From Octopus bimaculoides (Eukaryota), in NCBI RefSeq assembly GCF_001194135.2, contig NC_068981.1, positions 162,555,306-162,619,305 of the forward strand: DNA of 64,000 nucleotides, in the 5' to 3' direction. Made by a program: the position numbers and the translations under genes. The notes beneath the pieces were generated by a model. That model saw nothing but the letters and a program-made list of their open reading frames with translations, was not told the DNA's origin and did no database searches. Below, in pieces: positions 12,229 to 23,870 of this stretch. Numbering within the stretch: the first letter of the stretch is position 1; each line of letters begins with the position of its first letter.

Positions 12229-12618
12229 GTGGAGGTGCAATGGCCCAGTGGTTAGGGCAGCGAACTCGCAGTCCTAGGATCGCGGTTTCGATTCCCAGAT
12301 CAGGCGTTGTGAGTGTTTATTGCGCGAAAACATCTAAAGCTCCACGAGGCTCTGGCAGGGGATGGTGGTGAACCCTGCTGTACTCTTTCACCACAACTTT
12401 CTCTCACTCTTACTTCCTGTTTCTGTTGTGCCTGTAATTCAAAGGGCCAGCCTTGTCACACTGTGTCACGCTGAATATCCCCCGAGAGCTACGTTAAGGG
12501 TACATGTGTCTGTGGAGTGCTCAGCCACTTGCACGTTAATTTCATGAGCAGGCTGTTCCGTTGATTGGATCAACTGGAACCCTCAACGTAGTAAGCGACA
12601 GAGTGCCAACAACAACAA
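12229..12618 (+). mobile_element. SINE family B, head variant B2, full length
   Basis: tRNA-like head gtggaggtgcaatggcccagtggttagggcagc and (CAA)n tail; TSD aaatcatatt at 12217-12226 and 12619-12628. Confidence 0.92.
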
Positions 12619-12656
12619 AAATCATATTGAGGCAGAACTTAAAACTACCAGGTATT

Positions 12657-12691
<35 letters not shown>

Positions 12692-14580
12692 TAGATTCAA
12701 CATCAGGCTGGGCTCATTGTTTCTGGGAAGCTGATAAAAAGGTTTTCATTTTCCTGCAAACTGGTTCTCACTAAGTAGAAAAAATGGCTACGTCTCTGCC
12801 AGAATTTCTGAAAATAGATGGTATAAATTTTGAAGACTGCAGGTGCAGTTCCATGACAGCATCAATTACATGTGCAGTCATTACACAGGAATGCAAGCCA
12901 GACTTAAGAAAAAGAATGTGGGTGCAGTTTTCATTCCCACTACTGCTCACTCATTGAATCTTGTTCAACAAGCTGCTATTTCTGTTGTGTTGATGTTAGC
13001 TATTTTGGTTACAAGCAAAGGTTGCTCACATTTTTTTCTGTGTTGACACACAGATGGGCAAATTTAATGAAATTTTGGAAAAGAAATAAAAGAGCACTAA
13101 CTCTGAAGTCTTTGTCAGGAATTCACTTGTCTGCAAGAACTGATGCTACTGAAGCTCTCATTGCATTTGAAATGCATTCAGATATATTGAAGATGATATG
13201 GAACGAACAGATGAAGCATGATGTGAAACTCAGTCATTGGCAGACAAAATGGATTGTCTTGAAACTACTCTGAATATTAAAATCTGGAATTTAATTCCTG
13301 TAAGCTTTTCAAAGAGTTGCAGTTAATCTGAATAAAGTAGTGGATCTAACTGGTTCTTTGGAAAAATTTCTACAAACAAAACACATATAGTTTTGTTCTA
13401 CTTGCTATAGAAGCATAGTCAAATCTTCCTCAAATCTCATCTTGCGATTCTTTAAAAAAAATACATATTAGATATATGCAGTTGAAACAGACACAGTGGT
13501 CACAGCTGGAGTATATTTGATCATAAGTAGATGCCAGGGGTATATGTGGAAACAGACTACAAAGCAACAACACATAGGCCGAAGGAAAATAAACATAATG
13601 TACATCCTACATCAGCCTCAGAGGAAGTTCTCCTCTCTGCAAGAGAAAAATTCAGATGCGGAACTTCCAATGTCATTTTAGATAAGTTGTTTGCTACTTT
13701 ATAAATACACAGGGCAGCCTATAAATCAGTGCATGATAAGTTCAAAGTTATTATGAACTTGTGTAGTTTATGATGCAGAGATAAGAACTGAAGCTGATAA
13801 GTTCATCAGTGCTTTTCCCCCGTGATTTTAGTAATGTATTCAGAGAAGAAATTGCAGTTTACAGCCTTTTGTAAGCGCAGGTAATGTTTCACTCTATCTC
13901 AACAGCAACTTTTAATCCATAATGAAGAGCTTGCTGAATACTTCTCTGCTGTTTATGTAGCTCTTAGAATGTATTTGAGCTCGACAGTCATTTGTTGTTC
14001 GGGAGAGAGGTCATTCAGTAAAGTGGGACTGATAAAAAGAATTGTCTGAGAACTGCAATGTAGTATGAAAGACTAATTATTCTTTGCCTTCTGGATGTAG
14101 AAAGCAGCGTTCTAAAGATGATACAGCTTGAGGAAATCATTAATGATTTTTCTGATGCAAAGTGTAGAAAAAAAGATAATTTTTGTAGGTATTGTAATAG
14201 TATATAACAAGAAAGTGATAAAACTTGCTGTACTTAGTTTAGATGAGAAAATTTTGCATTATCAGGTGCATTTCAACTACCTATGTGTTAACTTGTCAAC
14301 TTCAGTTACATGCAGCAGACAAGTTTTGGTGATTTGTCATGGATTTTAAAGAGAGAACTGGTTTCTTATAATGATACAAAGTTCCATTATTGAAATGTAG
14401 ATAAAAACAAATTTACATTTTAAACTTGAGAAAGTTTTGCATATCTTTTATTGTTCCACTTACACATTGTATTTATAATGTGCCTGCTAGTTGGTTAATT
14501 ACATTTTTGAAAAACCCAGCTTTTCCTGATTTTCACTTAGGCCTTTATTAACAAAACTAAGTGCACCAATTATTATAAGT

Positions 14581-15481
14581 GTCGATAGCTTCCGCTATCT
14601 GGGCGAGCAAGTTAGTAGTGGGGGTGGGTGCGCTGAAAGTGTAGCTGCTAGAATAAGAATAGCCTGGGCAAAGTTTAGAGAGCTCTTACCCCTGCTGGCG
14701 ACAAAGGGACTCTCACTCCGAGTAAAAGGCAGACTGTATGACGCATGTGTACGAACAGCCATGCTACATGGCAGTGAAACATGGGCTGTAACTGCTGAGG
14801 ACATACGTAAGCTTGCAAGGAATGAAGCCAGTATGCTCCGTTGGATGTGTAATGTCAATGTGAATACACGTCAGAGTGTAAGTATCTTGAGAGAAAAGCT
14901 GAACATTAGAAGCATCAGTTGTGGTGTGCAAGAGAGATGATTACGCTGGTATGNNNNNNNNNNNNNNNNNNNNNNNNNNNNNNNNNNNNNNNNNNNNNNN
15001 NNNNNNNNNNNNNNNNNNNNNNNNNNNNNNNNNNNNNNNNNNNNNNNNNNNNNNNNNNNNNNNNNNNNNNNNNNNNNNNNNNNNNNNNNNNNNNNNNNNN
15101 NNNNNNNNNNNNNNNNNNNNNNNNNNNNNNNNNNNNNNNNNNNNNNNNNNNNNNNNNNNNNNNNNNNNNNNNNNNNNNNNNNNNNNNNNNNNNNNNNNNN
15201 NNNNNNNNNNNNNNGTTGCCAGTGCCCCTGGACTGGCTTGTGCGGGTGGCACATAAAAGACACCATTTCGAGCGTGGCTGTTTTCGTGCAGGTGACACGT
15301 AAAAGCACCCACTACACTCTCTGAGTGGTTGGCGTTAGGAAGGGCATCCAGCTGTAGAAACTCTGCCAAACTAGACTGGAGCCTGGTGTTGCCATCCGGT
15401 TTCACCAGTCCTCAGTCAAATCGTCCAACCCATGCTAGCATGGAAAGCGGACGTTAAACGATGATGATGATGATGATGATG
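14581..15481 (+). mobile_element. 5'-truncated RTE-clade LINE: ORF2 end, gap, 3' UTR and (GAT)n tail
   Basis: VDSFRYLG...ARIRIAWAKFRELLPLL...KGRLYDACVRTAMLHGSETW...LRWY at 14581-14953, then a gap, then the family-D UTR. Confidence 0.92.
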
Positions 15482-15589
15482 AATTTATAGTCTGGATATA
15501 GAAACTGAAAGTTTCAAAGCATTTGTCTATGGTAATTCTCTTTCTGTTTGATTTTTTAAGAAATATTCACATCAGCAGGGCAGCAAGCC

Positions 15590-15745
15590 TTTATGACAGT
15601 AGGTAATCTTTCTTGTCTGCTCCAGACAACACTATTTGGCCTGTTATGTCTGCACTGAGGAGAAGTTTTGATGGGATTGTTCCACCAATATTCCTTGTGC
15701 ATCTGTGTGTGTGTTCATTCTTACAAAGTGTTGGTCTTGTGCCAA
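15590..15745 (-). mobile_element. Degenerate REL-endonuclease LINE fragment (R2/R4-like)
   Basis: Minus strand WWNNPIKTSPQCRHNRPNSVVW resembles the HNRPDIVVW motif. Confidence 0.4.
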
Positions 15746-16311
15746 TGTAAGAAATCTTTATTTTTGAGAAACTCAGTTGGAGGTAAATTAAAATTGAAAC
15801 CAGCATAAATTGAACACAGGCCAGTGAAGTACCTTACTAAAACAAAAAAAAATAAATCATTTAGTTTTGGTGCCAAATTTACCACTTCTATAAACAGACA
15901 TAGACTTTAGTACAAAATTATAAATCTAACAGGAAGTGTTAATTTAGAATATTAAAACACGGAAATTATTCAATAGACCACTCAGATTATTGAACCAAAG
16001 ATTATTGATGAAGTGTTAGTGTTCGGCTAACCATTAGGATTAGGTGTGGCTTTGGAAGAATAAAAAATGTCTCCAAGAGCAAAGAAAAACAAGAAGAAAA
16101 CATGCATAACAAAAGTGAATTTTACAAATATACTTGTGTACTTTATATATTTAAAAATAATTATTAATTTAAATAATTTTCTTACTTTAAAGTTTGTTCT
16201 TACTTGAAAAGTAATTTTAAGAAGTAGCTAAACTTACTGTCAGTCTTTTGCTAAGTAAATGTATCACTGGTTATTGCTTCTATAACTAAGAAATTCATAA
16301 CTAATGAATAC

Positions 16312-16372
<61 letters not shown>

Positions 16373-16385
16373 CATCATTATTATT

Positions 16386-16933
16386 GAGTGAGAGAGCAGT
16401 GCATGCCATCAAAGTGACACCAGGGGAAAATATACGAAGCCCAGTATAGCCATCATGACTACCCGTCTGATAAGGGTACACCAGGCACATGCATCACAAC
16501 CATGTGTGCGCGACATGGTGATCTTATATCAAGGTACACAGCGCATGACCTCGCAGGTGGGGCCCAGTTAGAATTTTCTTCAGGTCAAGTAGCCCATGCT
16601 ACTCAAAAGGTTCCTGAATAAGGTTTGTTTAAGGATGTTGAACAAAACACCCATGTTTCCAGAGGTGAATTATTCAAACCCCAAAGAATTCCTCTCAACA
16701 CATGGCTATGATGCTCCCCCACTACTTCTGCTCATGATCAGAGATGCACATATTGTCAGCCACCAAGGGACATGCTCAACTGGTTAAGGTCAAACAACTG
16801 ACAAGCAAATCTGTGGTATTGAGCAGAATATTTTCTGTAGCCCATCTTTTATGCCAAGACAAAACAATGTACATGATAACACTTTCAGTCAATTAAGATC
16901 AGAAGCCATGAGAGCCACTGCCTGGTACTGCAT
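16386..16933 (-). mobile_element. Unclassified retroposon (family E) with an (AAT)n tail
   Basis: About 550 bp ending catgcactgctctctcactc followed by (AAT)n on the minus strand; non-coding; microsatellites on both sides. Confidence 0.5.
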
Positions 16934-16950
16934 ATTATTATTATTATTGT

Positions 16951-16993
<43 letters not shown>

Positions 16994-16994
<1 letters not shown>

Positions 16995-17212
16995 AGGTGG
17001 CAAACTGACAGAATCATTAGCACGCTGGGCAAAAGACTTAACAGTATTTTGTCTGCTGCTACGTTCTGAGTTTAAATTCTGCCAAGGTCGACTTTGCCTT
17101 TCATCCTTTCAGGGTTGATGAAATAAGTACCAGTTAAGCACTGCAGTTGATGTACTCGACTAACCCCCTGCCCCAAAAATTTTCAAGGCCTTGTGCCTAG
17201 AGTAGAAATTAT
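16994..17212 (+). mobile_element. SINE family C
   Basis: Head ggcaaactgacagaatcattagc and central gtcgactttgcctttcatcctttcagggttgatgaaataagtacc. Confidence 0.85.
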
Positions 17213-17987
17213 TATTATTACTAAATTATACCTCTCTTTTCCTTTTCATCACTACAAATACTAGCCCTCTCAATGCTTGACGATCTCTCTCATAGCAACC
17301 AGAATTATTTATATATTTATGTGTGTGTGTGTGTGTACATGACAGGCATCAAGTCATTCACAAGTGCTACAAATAACATGTAGTCCAGTACAACTTGTTA
17401 CATGGTTAGTGTGATATTCTAACGTTCTGTGGTTTCTTCACAGGTAGAGAGTTATCTCCCTTATATGACTTTGTTAACTTCACGACCGGGTCTGACCACA
17501 CTTATAAATGACGGTCTCCTGGAAGGCAAAGAGAAGAGTCTCTTGCCGTGATGTTCTCCGGAATACGTAATAATTCCTGATGTTTGATACGTTGTGACCA
17601 TTCCGGTGTCCCTTTGATCTATGGACTATATTCTCTGGATAGGTTAAAATGAGTTATAACCCTTTCAATTGGTTCCAATTTTGACTTAGATATAATAAGA
17701 TATTTTTGTCAGGTTGTCAGCAACTAAACTAGCGACCCCCACCAGGCTTGCCTAGTGAGGAGGGTTACTAGAAGCATGGAAGGACAAAAACAAAACAATA
17801 CCAGTCAAAAGTATAGATGAAATAACGTAGAGTAAACAACTATTTAGCAATAACACAATGGTGTTATACTTGTGAGGCTGCATGTGAATGATATAACAAC
17901 ACCATGCAAATATTTAATAGTAACTTTTATTTCACTGCCCGAGTAATATTTAAGTTGGTCATGAATTATAAAGTTTGTAAAACTATA

Positions 17988-18393
17988 CTCTTTTACTCTT
18001 TTACTTGTTTCAGTCATCTGACTGCGGCCATGCTGGAGCACCGCCTTTAGTCGAGCAAATCAACCCCGGGACTTATTTTTTGTAAGCCTAGTACTTATTC
18101 TATCGGTCTTTTTTAGCCGAACCGCTAAGTTACGAGGGACGTAAACACACCAGCATCGGTTGTCAAGCGATGTCGGGGGGACAAACACAGACACACAAAC
18201 ACACACATATATATATATATACATATATACGACGGGCTTCTTTCAGTTTCCGTCTACCAAATCCACTCACAAGGCTTTGGTCGGCCCGAGGCTATAGTAG
18301 AAGACACTTGCCCAAGGTGCCACGCAGTGGGACTGAACCCGGAACCATGTGGTTGGTAAGCAAGCTACTTACCACACAGCCACTCCTGCGCCT
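17988..18393 (-). mobile_element. SINE family A, full length, CpG-retaining
   Basis: Head, 5' module, (TA)/(CA) spacer, 3' module and (TAAAAGAG)-type tail. Confidence 0.92.
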
Positions 18394-19072
18394 ATGTAGC
18401 ATGTCTGCAAAACATTAGCTGCTGTCCATAAGGTTGAGTAATAGTCTTAAGAATGACTGTTTAAAAGTAGCAAGTGAATGAATCGGCCGGTCACTGCACA
18501 AATATGATGGCAAGAGTGGAGATGTCATTTCACTCATTTGTTTATAAAACTCTGCTAAGTTGGCACTCGAAATGAGCCTATTTATAACCCTTGAACTGAG
18601 CTGTTCTAGAATGATCTAGAATGATGTATCATGTGAAGTCTGGTTGTTAATTGGTCCTTAACTTGGCCTCTCAAGTGAGCAAGGCTGTGCTTTGTCATGA
18701 CTTAAACTTTGTAATCTGACAACTCAATCTTGAGTCTTGCTACAGTGGCACAAAAATATTTGCAATGGTGAACTAGCATGTGACAAAACCACTTAAGAAT
18801 GATAGGGCCCTTGATTATAGTTAGAACAGCTATCTAAGTAAAGGATACTCTGAAACAAAAGTCATGACACTGATGGTCAGCTTCAGACCATCCAAACCAA
18901 TGATGGACTACTTGGTGGAAAACTGTTTTACCTTAAAAGTGAACACAGCTTTGTGTATGCTTCACTTACTGTCATCAGTTTCATGTTCAGGGACTTTTTA
19001 GAATACACACTCTATTGTAAGACAAGGTGTTGTGGAAGTGAAAAGTAGTGAAACATGCAATTGTAGACTATA

Positions 19073-19472
19073 GGCGTAGGAGTGGCTGTGTGGTAAGTAG
19101 CTTGCTTACCAACCACAAGGTTCTGGGTTCAGTCCCACTGCATGGTATCTTGGGCAAGTGTCTTCTACTATAGCCTCGGGCCGACCAAAGCCTTGTGAGT
19201 GGACTTGGTAGACGGAAACTGAAAGAAGCCTGTCGTATATATGTATATATATGAGTGTGTATGTTTGTGTGTCTGTTTTTGTCCCCCTAGCATTTCTTGA
19301 CAACTGATGCTGGTGTGTTTATGTCGCTGTCACTTAGCAGTTTGGCAAAAGAAACCGATAGAATAAGTACTAGGCTTACAAAGAATAAGTCCCGGGGTTG
19401 ATTTGCTTGACTAAAGGTGGTGCTCCAGCATAGCCACATTCAAATGACTGAAACAAGTAAAAGAGAGTAACG
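19073..19472 (+). mobile_element. SINE family A, full length
   Basis: TSD agactata at 19065-19072 and 19473-19480. Confidence 0.92.
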
Positions 19473-19690
19473 AGACTATACACAGGTGGTTTGGAATGTT
19501 GGTCACTTCTTCCTCAAACTATGTCAATAAAGAGATCCAGTAGCACTTTGAGTAACTGAACAGCCTTTCCTAAGGATAACACTGTTCACCTATTAATCAG
19601 GAATGACTTAGAAAAGACGGGTCAAATAAAGATTGTCTATTCTTGAAGTGGAGAGAAACCTTATGGTATACAGTTGTCCTCTCTTTGCAG

Positions 19691-19776
19691 GCTTCCGTGT
19701 TGACATCCAAGAAATTGACAACTTTCCAAAAAGTGGTCATACTTGGTCAAGTTGGATTTCCACTATGTGTATTTTT
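19691..19776 (+). CDS. Candidate 86-nt exon of an unidentified host gene
   Basis: tcctctctttgcAG acceptor and GTAAGT donor. Two open frames: (G)FRVDIQEIDNFPKSGHTWSSWISTMCIF or ASVLTSKKLTTFQKVVILGQVGFPLCVF. Confidence 0.5.
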
Positions 19777-20092
19777 GTAAGTCTGTGAATGTGTGTGTGT
19801 GTGTGTGTGTGCGTGCGAAAAAATAGTCAACAAAGCTGCACAAAGACTGGAATTGCCACTTTAGAGCAAAAAAATACTTTAGTTCTAATTTGTTACCAAC
19901 CCTGAACAAAACTCAAGTAAGACCTACATCAAAATATTGCTCACAATACCAGAACAGTGCAGCTACTACATGAATCGGTATCCAAGACCAAATATAAAAG
20001 AAGGCCATTTAACTGATTGGCAGAGATTTAATCACCAACAGGATTCAACTACTATCGCCTAAAAATGTTGTTCTGTTTCTTCTGTTCTCCAG

Positions 20093-20146
20093 CAATTTCT
20101 CCTCTAGAGATATACATAGAAATAGAAACTGATGTTGCGATAGCCA
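20093..20146 (+). CDS. Candidate 54-nt exon (xISPLEIYIEIETDVAIA)
   Basis: ttcttctgttctccAG acceptor, GTAAGA donor, length divisible by 3, one open frame (phase 1-1). Confidence 0.5.
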
Positions 20147-20257
20147 GTAAGATTACTAAAAATAATTTTTTGCATCAGGAAAGGGGAAAATATTACCTTT
20201 TGGTATTGATACATCTTCTGTTACTAATGATTGTGTGTGTGTGCATATATGTATATA

Positions 20258-20415
20258 TACAGCAGGCTTCCATACTGTTTCCATCTACCAAATTCACTCA
20301 CAAGTCATTGGTCAGCCTGAGGCTATACTAGAAGACACTTGCCCAAGGTGCTGCACAGTGGGACTGAACTCCAAATCACTTGGTTTCAAAACCAGCTTGT
20401 TGACCACACAACCTT
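20258..20415 (-). mobile_element. SINE family A, 5' module
   Basis: gaagacacttgcccaaggtgctgcacagtgggactgaac. Confidence 0.8.
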
Positions 20416-20439
20416 GTCAGAAACAAAGATAATAGTTGT

Positions 20440-20830
20440 TTCTAATATAGGCACAAGGCCAGAAAATTCAGTAGGAAAGAAAACAGAAAGGCAGCAAGCT
20501 AGCAAAATTATTAGCATGCAGGGGCAAAATGCTTAGCGGCATTTCGCCTGTCTTTACATTCTGAGTTCAAATTCCACCAAAGTCAACTTTGCCTTTTATC
20601 CTTTCAGGGTTAATGAAATAAGTACCAGTTGACCATTAGGGGTCAATGTAATCGACTTACTCCATTTCCCAAATTTGCTGGCCTTGTGCCAAAATTTGAT
20701 ATCATTATATTGACAACAGCACTTGGAAAGATGAAAAGCAGAGTTGACTCCAGCAGAATTGAACCTGAACCATAGAGAACTGAAACAAATACTGCAAGGC
20801 ATTTTGTCCAATTCTGAAAATCCAACAGCA
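20440..20830. mobile_element. Cluster of SINE family C fragments in both orientations
   Basis: Family C motifs at about 20440-20470 (-), 20500-20700 (+) and 20705-20830 (-). Confidence 0.7.
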
Positions 20831-21392
20831 AAGCAAACAAGTTTTTATTACATGAGAACGTGACTCCATGATACAATTGAAAAAATTTTTGCACATCTCC
20901 AATACAATATTGATTTCTAATATCAAATATAGATTTCTAGCTTTTACTCCAAGTATGGTATTATACACATGATATATTGAGAATAGTTCACTTAATGAAT
21001 TAAACAGAAAACATGAGATGGAGGTGTTATTCCTATCATTACCCTGAAGTCAGTTTTTGATATATAACTAAGCACCATATCAAGTATCTTCAAACTGAAA
21101 TCTATTTCAATAATTCTATTGTAAGTGCTTAGAGAAATTGATTATTATTATATATTTGTGAGTAAGAAGCATAAGAAATGCAGCTTCAAATATCATTTCA
21201 AGCTTAATTCCTTGAGAGACTAATCTCTTTGAGAATATCATAAACATCATGAATTTGTCTTCTTCTGTATGCCGAGCCTTTGTACTTGGGGAAAAAAAAT
21301 TGTTTTAAAAAAAACACTAATAGCAGAAAGCATTGTTAATGAGGTATGACTTTTTTTTTTATTGTTGTTGTTTTTTGTTATTTTTTCTGCAG

Positions 21393-21507
21393 CTTTCATA
21401 TAATTACTTGCAGTGTGAATTTAACTCACTGAACTACAACTAAGCACTGAAAGCTCTTTTCTTTGCCGAACTACAGTTACAGTTAAGTACTAAAAGATCT
21501 GCACATT
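21393..21507 (+). other. Candidate terminal or non-coding exon of the left gene
   Basis: Very strong ttttttgttattttttctgcAG acceptor. Spliced to 20146 it reads ...AIATFI-stop (TAA at 21401-21403). A GTAAGA also occurs at about 21508. Confidence 0.35.
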
Positions 21508-21622
21508 GTAAGAACTAGAATTAGAATATACAGTCGAAACCAAAACCTTACAGAAAAAAAATTGAAATCTAAGAACCATACGGGAAATTAATCTTAGGAA
21601 TGTGATTGATTCTCATGTGTAA

Positions 21623-21655
<33 letters not shown>

Positions 21656-22463
21656 CATACATATATATATATATATACACATACATACATATATATATAT
21701 ATATAATCATCATCGTCATCATTGTCATCATAGTCATCATCATCATCATTGTCATCATCGCCATCATCATCATTATTGTCATTGTCATCACCATCATCGT
21801 CATCATCGTCGTCAGAGTACTACACCAAGCCCAAATGTCTGTTATGGCTTGGTTTATATCAGTCTCTTTTTGCCAAACCACTAAGTTACAGGCACATAAA
21901 CAAACCAACACCCGTTGTCAAGCAATAGTGGGCAACCGATACAATGAAACACACGCAGACACACATACACACACAATGGTATTCATGCATGCACACACAC
22001 ACACGCATATGTATATATATATTTATGCAGATATACATACACTTACCTGATTGCTTCTAAATTAGTGGAGAATGACTGGATACATGCATAGATGCGTGAA
22101 CTGAATATTTCCTAATACTTAAATAGATAACATTTGGAAAACTTATCTACACCAAACACACACACGGGCAATTATACTCTCCTTTCTCCTCACCCCACCC
22201 CACTTCCTTCTCTTCCTTTCACACTCTCTCTTTTTCCTAGCTCTCTTCTCTCATATCTTGAACTATGAGCCAGATTGCATCGCCACTTCCGATCCTACTA
22301 TCCCATTACCCAATTCCCATTTTACACCAAACCCACAACGTAAACAGATGTAAATTTTGCAGTGTTTCCATTTCCTTTTGTTTTTACTCTTCTTAACCCT
22401 TTTATACACACACGTAGAAACCTGAAATGTGAAACCCTCTTCTATTTATTTTCCCATGGCAAA

Positions 22464-22838
22464 CTCTCTTTACTCTCTTACTTGTTTCAGTCATTTGACT
22501 GCTGGGGCACCGCCTTTAGTCGAGCAAATTGAATTATTCTTTGTAAGCCCAGTACTTATTCTTGCGGTCTCTTTTGCCGAACCGCTAAGTGACGGGGACA
22601 TAAACACACCAGCATCGGTTGTCAAGCAATGCACACACACACAAACACATATACATATATATAAGAGAGTATATATACGACGGGTTTCTTTCAGTTTCCG
22701 TCTACCAAATCCACTCACAAGGCTTTGGTCGGCCCGAGGCTATAGTAGAAGACACTTGCCCAAGATGCTACGCAGTGGGACTGAACCCGGAACCGTGTGG
22801 CTGGTAAGCAAGCTACTTACCACATAGCCACTCCTGCG
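22464..22838 (-). mobile_element. SINE family A, full length
   Basis: Colinear with 17988-18393. Confidence 0.9.
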
Positions 22839-23250
22839 TATACGGCATATGTATTTTCATTACATACATTCTTCGATTAGTAATGGGTTTTATTTTTCTA
22901 TGCTCTTTCTACAACCTATTTCCTTATCTAACTTAATATATTGTTTATTTCTTTGATTCCACCTTATCTTTCTATTTCCTTTGCCTTTTTTGTGTTTTCT
23001 CATTACTCTCTTTTTCTCTATTTACATGCGTGAGTGTGTGCCTTTTGCGCATGCGTGTGTGTAAAACAAAATATGAGGGATTGATTATAAGATATTTAGT
23101 CGCACCATCTTACGTACATTTCATTAACAATCGTTGATTATTGGTTACTTAATGCAAATTACATTATCAACACTTACTGTCAAAACAACGTCAGGGACGT
23201 AACTATTAAACTCAATATTATTGGACTGAAAAGATAACAGTATCCACCAC

Positions 23251-23295
<45 letters not shown>

Positions 23296-23554
23296 AAAGC
23301 TCGTGCACACGAAGCTACATCTCGCTCACTATATTTGTCTAATACATACATACATGCATGCATAATACATACATAATGCATACATACATACATAATACAT
23401 ATATATAATACATACATACATAATACATGCATACATATATACATACATAATACATGCATACATATATACATACATAATACATTCATACATAATACATCCA
23501 TACATACATACATACATACATACATACATACCATACATACATAATACATACATA

Positions 23555-23870
23555 CATGGCTTAGTGGTTAGGGTTTTCGGCTCATGATCTTAAGGTAGTG
23601 GGTTACACTTCCAGCATCGTGTTCTGTCCTTAAACAAGACTCTTTAATTCTCGTTGCTCCAGTCCACTCAGCTGGCAAAAATTAATTGTACCTGTAATTC
23701 AAGGGACAGGCCTTATCACATTTTATGTCACACTGAATCTTCTTGAGAACTACGTGAATTATAATGCGTGTCTGTGGAATGCTCAGCCACTTGCACTTTA
23801 ATTTCACGTACAGGCTGATCAAATGATCGAATCAACTGAAACACTCGTCGTCATGGCCGACAGATAGCCA
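23555..23870 (+). mobile_element. SINE family B, head variant B1
   Basis: catggcttagtggttaggg head, tgtccttaaacaagac...gctccagtccactcagctggcaaaa (CORE-like) and the family-B tail. Confidence 0.8.

Larger units (their letters stand above)
11190..14175 (+). pseudogene. hAT (Tip100-like) transposase pseudogene with two nested insertions
   Basis: Frameshifted motifs KTHEQSQ...LAERHLAF(R), ELTAQYNPLL...SYLSPTIYKE, EDCR..YD...MQARLK...TAHSLNLV, and C-terminal ALRMYL...SGERSFSK...LEEIINDFSDAKCRKK. Possible imperfect TIRs near 10990 and 14568. Confidence 0.85.

Noticed and set aside
12229-12300. tRNA gene (also other SINE heads)
   Set aside because: The A/B-box-like heads run straight into SINE bodies and no complete cloverleaf is evident.
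14567-14580. TSD for the RTE copy at 14581-15481 (aattattataagt versus aatttatagt)
   Set aside because: The match is imperfect and AT-rich, so it is not counted as evidence.
17370-17700. CpG-containing segment after a ttcttcacAG acceptor as an exon
   Set aside because: All frames stop, there is no good donor, and repeated ataactc motifs suggest a repeat. Not classifiable.
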